IMG/VR virus record: IMGVR_UViG_2795385619_000008
Location: 14,166 to 78,165 of that record
Reading direction: 5' to 3' (one strand)
Length of the DNA stretch: 64,000 nucleotides
Origin: a virus
Lineage: Duplodnaviria; Heunggongvirae; Uroviricota; Caudoviricetes
Below the pieces are notes generated by a model. That model had not been told where the DNA came from. It was given only the letters and a program-made list of their open reading frames with translations, and did no database searches. Positions 1-8,000 of the stretch are shown piece by piece. The translations under genes were made by a program, and so were the position numbers. The first letter of the stretch is position 1, and each line of letters starts with the position of its first letter.

Positions 1-345
1 CGCGAATACAAGGCCTCGACTGAGCGAGTTAATCTCGCCCGCGACATCGCAGAAGAGATTGGGCTTCCTGCCCGCTTTGCCTCCCGCATCTCGGGAGATG
101 ACGAAGATGCGATGCGTGCCGATGCACAAGAACTACTCGACGTCCTGAGTGAGGGCGGGTCAAACACCAAGAAGACGCCAGCGCAGAAGGCTCCGAAAGA
201 TCCTGCGGCGCAGGGCGATGGACCCCGTAAGGGTCAGAGTGGTGGCGGCGGGTCCAGTGAGGACTCGGACGAGGCGGTGACCGCATCGATCCTCGAGCAG
301 ATTCAGCAGGACCGCGCACGCGGTGGGCTTAATACCCGTCGCTAA
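1..345 (+). CDS. C-terminal fragment of an upstream gene, possibly a scaffolding protein. The ORF is open from the window start, is acidic and Gly-rich at its tail, and ends at TAA 343-345.
   Basis: Frame 1 has no stop from base 1. It lies immediately upstream of the major capsid gene. Confidence 0.45.
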   Translation, partial: REYKASTERVNLARDIAEEIGLPARFASRISGDDEDAMRADAQELLDVLSEGGSNTKKTPAQKAPKDPAAQGDGPRKGQSGGGGSSEDSDEAVTASILEQIQQDRARGGLNTRR

Positions 346-382
346 TCCGGTTTCCCTTTAATCCAAGGACATTTCGTAGCTT

Positions 383-1525
383 ATGGCTAACGCATTCCTG
401 AAGCCGACCGTGATCATTAACACGATCCTCGGCATGCTGCAGTCGGAGCTTGTTCTCCCACACTTCGTGTGGAAGGACGGCCTGGGTGATTTCAGTGGCA
501 AGTACAACGACACGATCACCATCCGCATTCCGCAGCCAACCATCGCCCACACCCGCCAGCTTCGTGCGACTGGGCAGGACCGTCTTATGCAGGTCAGCGA
601 CCTGACTGAGACTTCGGTCGATGTCCGTCTGACGGATGTGGTGTATAACCTGATCGCCCTGACCGACGAGGAGCGCGAGCTTGACGTTCGCAGCTTCGGT
701 GTCGACGTTCTTCCGCGTCAGGTCCGCTCTGTCAGCGAGAAGCTCGAGGCTGGTGTCGCGACCACGATCGTTGATGCTCCATATCAGCAGGTCCACACCG
801 CTGCTGTGGATGCTATCTACAACGCGGTCATCCATGCCCGTCGTCAGCTGAATGACGCTCACGTTCCTCGTGAGGGACGTGTTCTGCTGGTCGGATCGGC
901 TGTCGAAGAGGCACTGCTTCTTGATGACCGCTTCGTACGCTACGACTCGGCTGGACAGGCTGGCGCCGACCGTCTGACCAACGCACGTATCGGTCGCCTG
1001 GCCGGATACGACGTGGTCGTGGTGGACACCATTCCTCACGGTGCGGCGTTCCTGTTCCACCCAACTGCCTTCGTGCTGGTAACCCGCGCGCCAGGTAAGC
1101 CTTTCTCCAACAACGTCGCAGTGTCGACTGTTGGCTCGGACAACGGAATCGGCCTGCGTTGGCTGGGTGACTACGACTCGCAGATCACCACCGACCGCTC
1201 ACTGGTTGACACCTGGGCCGGATACAAGGCTGTGGTAGATCCAGATCCCGGCTTTGTTCGCGCAACTCGCATCCAGCTCGCCGCCACCTCGGTTGCCATT
1301 GGCAACAAGGGGAACGTGGCTGTTGGCGCGACCCGCGCACTGTCGCTGATCGACTCCAACCTGGACAACCGTGCGGGTGACTCCCTGGTTACTTGGACTT
1401 CGGACACCCCAGCCAAGGCCACTGTCAACGCTGACGGTGTCGTGACTGGTGTTGCCGCAGGTGCCGCCAAGATCACCGCGACTATCGGTTCGGTTACGGA
1501 CAACTACACCATCACCGTCGCCTGA
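383..1525 (+). CDS. Major capsid protein with a C-terminal Big_2 (bacterial Ig-like) decoration domain.
   Basis: 380-aa ORF in capsid position. The C-terminal roughly 80 aa (ATSVAIGNKGNVAV...TITVA) is typical of Big_2. Confidence 0.8.
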   Translation: MANAFLKPTVIINTILGMLQSELVLPHFVWKDGLGDFSGKYNDTITIRIPQPTIAHTRQLRATGQDRLMQVSDLTETSVDVRLTDVVYNLIALTDEERELDVRSFGVDVLPRQVRSVSEKLEAGVATTIVDAPYQQVHTAAVDAIYNAVIHARRQLNDAHVPREGRVLLVGSAVEEALLLDDRFVRYDSAGQAGADRLTNARIGRLAGYDVVVVDTIPHGAAFLFHPTAFVLVTRAPGKPFSNNVAVSTVGSDNGIGLRWLGDYDSQITTDRSLVDTWAGYKAVVDPDPGFVRATRIQLAATSVAIGNKGNVAVGATRALSLIDSNLDNRAGDSLVTWTSDTPAKATVNADGVVTGVAAGAAKITATIGSVTDNYTITVA

Positions 1526-1537
1526 TCGGGAGGCAAG

Positions 1538-2020
1538 ATGGCTGACACCCCAGACCAGCTTGCCACCACTGCAGAGCTTGCTACCTGGATGGGCGTCATC
1601 TTTGACGATGACGACAAGGCTCGCGCGGAGTTCATCCTCCGCGTGGCCTCTGGGTGGGCCCGAAGCATTTCGGGGAAGCTCTGGGCTGACCGCGATGATC
1701 CCGCGATCCCGGTCACGGTTCGTGGCATTGTCCTAGCAGGATCGCGCAGGGAGTTTGAAAACCCAAGGCACATCACCTATGAGGTGAAAGGCCCTGAGTC
1801 CGCTTCGTACGACCGGCTGGCTTACCCCCTCGGCTTCTTCACTGATGCCGAGGAGCGATTCCTTAAGAAGTTCCGTCCGAGCGGATCCCTTTGGACCCAG
1901 TCAACATACCGCGAAGACATGGACTTCGTCCTCGGGTACGTGCGGATCTTGGGCTTTGACAAGCCACTTCCGTATTTCAACCCGTGGGATCCGGGGTGGT
2001 TGGAGAGCGAGCACCTGTGA
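1538..2020 (+). CDS. Head-to-tail adaptor or connector protein.
   Basis: Position between capsid and tail genes, and size. Confidence 0.45.
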   Translation: MADTPDQLATTAELATWMGVIFDDDDKARAEFILRVASGWARSISGKLWADRDDPAIPVTVRGIVLAGSRREFENPRHITYEVKGPESASYDRLAYPLGFFTDAEERFLKKFRPSGSLWTQSTYREDMDFVLGYVRILGFDKPLPYFNPWDPGWLESEHL

Positions 2021-2391
2021 TTAGGCGCGGCTCACTATCGGCGAAGGTCTACCGAGCAGTCCACAGTCGCGACAAGCATGGTGACCCGATTGACGCAGAT
2101 GGCAACGTCATCCGTCTCGAGGGCAATGACGGGTCTATCGGAACTGTTTACGGGCTGATCATGGGCGGGCAAGCGCCCTACTCACAGATCGATCGCCAAG
2201 AGTCCTCGAATACCACTGGCCAGATTGGTATCCCGAACAAGAACACCATCAAGGTGCAGTTCGGAGATCGACTGGTTATCAATGGGGTGAAGTACAAAGT
2301 CACCTCGAAGGGCATGTGGGACTACCCGCAACTGATGTCTGGTACCCCACCCGAATTTCATTGGGTGACTGTCGATGCCACCATCAACTGA
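1984..2391 (+). CDS. Head-tail connector or head closure protein. The start may be internal.
   Basis: Synteny. Overlaps the upstream ORF. Confidence 0.4.
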   Translation: MGSGVVGERAPVIRRGSLSAKVYRAVHSRDKHGDPIDADGNVIRLEGNDGSIGTVYGLIMGGQAPYSQIDRQESSNTTGQIGIPNKNTIKVQFGDRLVINGVKYKVTSKGMWDYPQLMSGTPPEFHWVTVDATIN

Positions 2392-2797
2392 ATCAGACGC
2401 AGGTTATCCGCTCCACCGCCACGCCGAGGGTGGATTGGCCTACTTCTACAAGGATCCAAACCCTGCACTAGCGGAAATCCTTGTAGGGACGCGACTTCAC
2501 GCGCTGACCGGTGAATACACCACCAAGGTCGCTGTGAATTACGTGACCAGCCTTGAGGCTCGGCCTAAGCAAACGAGCGACCGTCACCCCGGTGCCATGT
2601 CGAATGCTGTTTCTGCCGAAGTGTTTATCGGTGGATACAAGACTGATCGTTGGATCGGCCAGATCACTGTTGGAGTGCAGTACGCGCTCGCAGATGAGAT
2701 GGGCCGCAAGAACCCGACCGAGGGCCAGCACGGATCCGTTTACCAGGGTTCGGGAGCGCTTCGCTCAGCCCTCTACGCAGAATTGCCGCCTCTATGA
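2375..2797 (+). CDS. Head-tail joining protein, function hypothetical.
   Basis: Synteny in the structural operon. Confidence 0.4.
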   Translation: MPPSTESDAGYPLHRHAEGGLAYFYKDPNPALAEILVGTRLHALTGEYTTKVAVNYVTSLEARPKQTSDRHPGAMSNAVSAEVFIGGYKTDRWIGQITVGVQYALADEMGRKNPTEGQHGSVYQGSGALRSALYAELPPL

Positions 2798-3303
2798 CCA
2801 TGTTGGAACTTCCTGACTGGTATGAGGACGGAGATACCGACGCGGAAGAGCTTGTTATGAGCTATCTTTCGCGGCTCCTTGGAGACAAGGTTCATGTATG
2901 CACCTGGCTTCCACCAGGTTGGTACGAACTGACTCCAGGTGAGGAAGTTGGTGGTACGCAGCCCACTCTGCGGGTATGGCGACAGCCTGGACGGTTTGAT
3001 CCTTCGCTTCGAATGGATCAGGCAGTAATCCAGATTGCCGCGATTACACCGACTCGCAAAGAGTCTTGGAAACTAACCCGTTTCATCCGTCGAGTGATGG
3101 ATGACGAAGTGGTGACCGGCCTTCCGATCACCCTGCCAGATGGCGAGACATCCACTATCCGCAAGTCGGAGGAGTGGCTCGGCCCGCAGCTCGTACCCGA
3201 GCAGTACGTGGACGAGAAGTTCATCCCCATCTCCTTCAAGATCTCGCTCCGCGAGCCCGAAGGGCTGCCGAACTACCGGCAGATCATCAAATCGCTTCCC
3301 TAA
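2794..3303 (+). CDS. Tail terminator-like protein.
   Basis: ATGA overlap with the upstream gene. Lies immediately before the major tail gene. Confidence 0.4.
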   Translation: MTMLELPDWYEDGDTDAEELVMSYLSRLLGDKVHVCTWLPPGWYELTPGEEVGGTQPTLRVWRQPGRFDPSLRMDQAVIQIAAITPTRKESWKLTRFIRRVMDDEVVTGLPITLPDGETSTIRKSEEWLGPQLVPEQYVDEKFIPISFKISLREPEGLPNYRQIIKSLP

Positions 3304-3321
3304 TAAGGACATTCGTAGCCC

Positions 3322-4215
3322 ATGGCTGATTTTGAGACTATTCGCGACGCGAACAACGATCTCATTCGTGCAAACATGCACTTCGCGATCCTGTTCGACG
3401 ACATGGACAACCCTGCTGTCGCGACTCTCGAGGATCTAGTTACCGGCGATCTTGACGTGCCCGCGACCGCTGAGTCTGCAGGCATGATCGAGAAGAAGGC
3501 CGGTGTCTCGATCACCCACAACATCGACTCGACTGACATCGAGTCCTACGGTGACGCAGAGCCTGCGCGCACCATCATCTCCAAGCGCACCGTCCAGTTC
3601 GAGGCCGAGTTCCTGGAGACCAAGAAGGTTGTCCTGGAGAAGTTCTGGGGAACTGTCTTCGGTAGCGACAACCTGACCGTCTCGCCCGGTGGTGGCGTGA
3701 CGCTGAAGGCTCCTACGCTGCCTCGCAACATCTTCTACCGCGCGTATCTGGTCGCAAGCGACGACGTGAACGGCGAGGATCTCTTCGCCTACTACATCAT
3801 GCCGCGCACCAAGCTGGTCAAGGTTGACAACCAGGACAGCAAGGACGACGGAGCCGTCACCTACAAGATGACGTTCCAGGCCTTCCGCGATCGTGACATG
3901 GGCTTCTCGGTCCTTCAGGGTTGGTGCGGTCCTGGCTGGCTACGTCTGGTCGACAAGACCGGATTCGTGGCGCCGGTTGTATCGATCACCGCGACTCCTT
4001 CGACCGCGACCGTGGCCGTTGCCGCGTCCTCGCAGATCACCGTGACTGGTGACAACGGGATCAACTACACCCCAATCGCCAAGTACGTCAGCTCGGCGCC
4101 TACCAAGGCTTCTGTTGACAAGCACGGCAAGGTGACCGGTGTTGCCACTGGTAGCGCGACGATCACCGCTACTTACCAGGGCAAGACCTCGACGGTCTCG
4201 ATCACCGTCAGCTGA
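3322..4215 (+). CDS. Major tail protein with a C-terminal Big_2 Ig-like domain.
   Basis: 297 aa. The C-terminus (VSITATPSTATVAV...TSTVSITVS) is Ig-like. It precedes the chaperone pair. Confidence 0.75.
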   Translation: MADFETIRDANNDLIRANMHFAILFDDMDNPAVATLEDLVTGDLDVPATAESAGMIEKKAGVSITHNIDSTDIESYGDAEPARTIISKRTVQFEAEFLETKKVVLEKFWGTVFGSDNLTVSPGGGVTLKAPTLPRNIFYRAYLVASDDVNGEDLFAYYIMPRTKLVKVDNQDSKDDGAVTYKMTFQAFRDRDMGFSVLQGWCGPGWLRLVDKTGFVAPVVSITATPSTATVAVAASSQITVTGDNGINYTPIAKYVSSAPTKASVDKHGKVTGVATGSATITATYQGKTSTVSITVS

Positions 4216-4309
4216 CCCTGACCTTTTCCTGACTTTCCCCGGCCCTGCGGCGAACCCGTGGGGCTGGGGAATACATCTGTAACAACCACTTTCGATAGGA
4301 GCAGGTCAA

Positions 4310-4600
4310 GTGGCTACTGCAAAGAACGTTGACTCCGTCTGGGAGAAGCTCCAGACCGAGAACGCGATCCCTTCGCTGGAGTTCCAGGGACTGAAGTTCC
4401 TTGAGCCGACTCAGGCGCAGGTGAACGAGTGGCGTTCCGCCCCAACGATTGAGGCCGGTGAGCGCGCCTTGTTCGGTGATCAGTATGACGCCGTGCATGA
4501 GCTGTTCGACCCGCTGCCAAAGCACGTGTGGGAGAACTTCAACACTCTCTACCTGAAGCACTTCTTCGGGGCCCCCGGTGATGACGGCCTAAAAGGCTAA
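4310..4600 (+). CDS. Tail assembly chaperone (G-like).
   Basis: 96-aa ORF directly upstream of the tape measure, with a downstream overlapping ORF in the -1 frame. Confidence 0.65.
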   Translation: MATAKNVDSVWEKLQTENAIPSLEFQGLKFLEPTQAQVNEWRSAPTIEAGERALFGDQYDAVHELFDPLPKHVWENFNTLYLKHFFGAPGDDGLKG

Positions 4601-5049
4601 TCACGATCGTTGACCGTTACTGGTCTGCGATCTGCTGGGACTGCCAGCACATTCTTCATTTCTCTGCCTACGAGTACTTCCAGTGGGAGCCGGTTGGCGA
4701 TGGCCGATGGCGACGCAAGCGGCCCATTGAGGAGCTACTCGGATTCTTTGACACCCTGATGAATATCCAGGGCACTCTGACCAATGAGGCTGTTCTCAAC
4801 GACCCGGAAACTATCGAATGGATGGGGTCTCGGAAGGACAGCGATGACGGTCCATCAAAGGTACGCATCTTCGGGCACACCGAAGACATTGTGTGGTTGA
4901 AGCGCCTCGTTGAGGTGCAAATCGGCAAGTCGCTACCAAGTCCCGTCATTCCCGGCCTCGAATTGCGTCTCCAGCGGAAGTTGATCAAAACCCAGAACGC
5001 TGTCGAGCGCGCGCAACAGCGCAATCGCGAACGGACACAGCGTCAATAG
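4585..5049 (+). CDS. Tail assembly chaperone -1 frameshift extension (T part). The predicted fused GT product spans 4310..5049.
   Basis: The -1 frame is open from 4585 to 5049 and ends 14 nt before the tape measure start. The candidate slip site is CCTAAAAG at 4588-4595. Confidence 0.45.
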   Translation, partial: RPKRLITIVDRYWSAICWDCQHILHFSAYEYFQWEPVGDGRWRRKRPIEELLGFFDTLMNIQGTLTNEAVLNDPETIEWMGSRKDSDDGPSKVRIFGHTEDIVWLKRLVEVQIGKSLPSPVIPGLELRLQRKLIKTQNAVERAQQRNRERTQRQ

Positions 5050-5062
5050 TCCAGGAGACTAA

Positions 5063-8000
5063 ATGGCTGCCACCCTAGTGGGTGAGGCCGCAATCCGCAT
5101 TGTCCCTACTCTGCGTGGGTTCAAGACTGAGGCGGATCGCCGCCTCCAGGCGATGAAGTTCGATCACATTAAGATCGAATTCGACCCGCAGCTTGCCAAG
5201 GCTGAGGCGCAGGTTCAGGCCTGGCGTCAGCGTCAGGAGCATGATGCGGTCACTATCCCGGTTCGGGCAGATCTTCAGACGTTCCGTCGCGACCTATCTC
5301 AGGTCGAGCACATTTTCAAGCGGAACTCTCTTTCCAAGGCACTTCGCCTAAATGTCAAGGTAATTGGGCTCGACGCCCTACCAGCTCTCGCGTATGCGGC
5401 TGGTAGCGCTGCGTCGGGCCTAGACGCGTTGGCCAAGAGTGCCTTCGCTCTTCCTGGCCTTGTCGGAGGAGCTCTGGCGTCGGTCGGTGCCCTAGCTGTT
5501 GGCCTTAACGGTGTAGGTGCTGCTTTCAAGGCCTACTCCTCAGACTCAAAGGACGCCGCCTCGCGCGCCCGTGAGATCGCAACCGCCAACCGCAGTGTTG
5601 AGAGTTCCTACCGCTCATACGGTATGGCAATCCGTGACACGGTCCGTGAAATTCAGGATCTGAATGCGGAGAACCGACGCTCGTCTCTGAATGTCGCGGA
5701 TGCCGTTCTTTCCGTGCAGGAAGCGGCTGACCGTATCCGTGCGGGTGGTCAGCGCTCGCTCACTGAGTTGAAGCGTGATCAGCTTTCGTACCTTCAGGCA
5801 CTGGACCACCTCCAGGAGGTCCAGACCAAGGCGCAGCGGACCGCGCAGGATGCCGCTGACGCGAACGCTCAGGGCGTAGAAGGCGCTGATCGGGTACTAG
5901 ATGCCCTAGACCAGATCGCGAAGAACACAGAGGCTCTCAGCGCCTCGAAGATCAGTGAGGTCGACAAGGCCCTTGGGAAGCTATCGCCAAACATGCGCGC
6001 GACCGTACAGGCGATCCATGGATTGTCGGGTGCGTGGCAGGAACTTCAGCAGGGCGCACAGGACAGCCTCGCAGAGGGTCTTGATAAGCAGATTACTGAC
6101 CTCGGCACCAAGGCAATCCCAGGACTTTCGATCGGAATCCGTCGTACCGCAAGCGGAATCAATGCCGCGCTAAAGAGCGCACTGACCTCAGTCGCCGGCA
6201 ATTCCAACCAGGGCTTCCTGTCCTCCATCTTCGGTAACACCGACATCTTCTGGCGCAACATGGCCAGGGGCATGGATCCACTGATCAGTGGCATCATTCG
6301 CCTGACCAAGGAATCGTCGGACTTCCTGCCACGTATCGGCAACGCATTCACCGCTGTCTTCAACCGTTTCGACCAGTTCACCCAGCGCGTCTCAGCTGAC
6401 GGATCACTGGACCGATGGATCGACACGGGACTGAAGGCTGTTGGCGATCTGGGCAATTCGCTGCTCAACATCGGTGGGATCGTCTCCTCTGTTGCCACTG
6501 CCTTCGACAAGGCATCCGGGCACAAGGGTGGATTGATCTCCTCGCTGGCTGATGGAACTAAGAGGCTCGACGAGTTCCTGAAGTCCACCCGTGGACAGAA
6601 CCTGCTCGCCAAGTACTTCGACGAGGCCCGGGACTTCATCGACCGTCTATGGGATGCACTCAAGCGCATCAAGGGTGGCATTGGTGACGCAGTAGAGGCC
6701 GCACGCGAGTGGTCGGCTGCAATGCTTGGAACACTCGGCGTGTTCATCAGCTCGGCCAGGTGGATTGAGCAGCACACCCACGCGCTCTCCACTCTGCTGA
6801 AGGTCTACCTGACTTACCGCACCGTGAAGCCCATCATCGAGGGGCTTACTTCGACGTGGAAGAACTACAACAAGGTCGTTGAGGCGGCTGCACGCTTCGA
6901 GGGAACTCGCAACCTGCCTGGCGTCCAGTCGACTGCGCGCAACCTGCGGATCGCCAAGGGCGAGGAACTTCCCGGCCTATCGAGTCGCCAGGCCCGCGAG
7001 GAGGCCCTGCGCTTCGGTGAGGCAGTCGACCGTGCGGGCAATAGGTATGACGCCTTCGGTCGCAAGCTGAAGGACGTCGAGCCCAAGCTAACGACTACCG
7101 CGACTGCCGCAAGCAACGCCGGTAAGAGCATCACTAACGCTGGCGATGCAGCTGGCCGCGCTGGCGAGAAGATCGGTGGAGCCGGTAAGGCTTCCATGCT
7201 CACCCGCGTGGGGGCTCTTGCTGGAGCACTCTTTGGCCCACTAGCCCTGACCGCTGCCGTTGGTGGCGCGATCATGGCAATCGACAAGCTGGGGGAGTCG
7301 CACCGCAAGGCCGCTGAGGATGCCAACAGGCAGAGGAGCGCTCTTGAGGATCTTAAGGGAGCTATCGACGATGTCACCGGAAACCTCAACGCGCAGGGCG
7401 TATCCGATACCGCTCAGAAGGCTCAGAAGTACGCAATCCCCGGTCTAGGGGATAGGAACCTCTTTGAGGATGCTCGTCGCACCGGACAGGTGCAAAGCGA
7501 TGCCCAGCTTCTTGCGGCAATGCTCCCGGGTAACGATGCACAGCGCAGTCAGCTTCTCGGGGCAGGTCAGGAGCGACTGAAGTCGGTTATCGGCTCCAGT
7601 GAGGTGTGGCGTGGCGACGCCGACCTATGGAATGAGCGCGGCATCGACCTGGACACATTCGTCGCTGGCCTGCGTGGCGATCAGACGGCCAAGGCGAAGG
7701 TTGACAAGGCCTACAACGACATTCTCGAGAGCCACAACATCTTCTCCTGGATGCCTGCGGCCATCAACACTCCTCGCATTTCAGCTGGGCAGGCCACTGG
7801 ATCCATCCCACACGACTTCACGTCGGTCCTAAAGTCCACTGGGACTATTGACCTTGCGGCCCCTCTGATCGGTCTTAGCGACATTCCGAGCTCACTAGGG
7901 CAGCACAGCGCAGACAAGCGCCAGGTGAATGAGGCGTCCAATGGTCAGGGCCGATTCAAGCCCGGTGGCCGTGGTGGTGCGATCTTCGGGCCCTTTGGTG

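Noticed and set aside
6046-6792. A 248-aa minus-strand ORF, and many other antisense ORFs inside the tape measure gene.
   Set aside because: It is antisense to a clearly coding 5.7-kb gene and its composition is typical of GC-rich noise.
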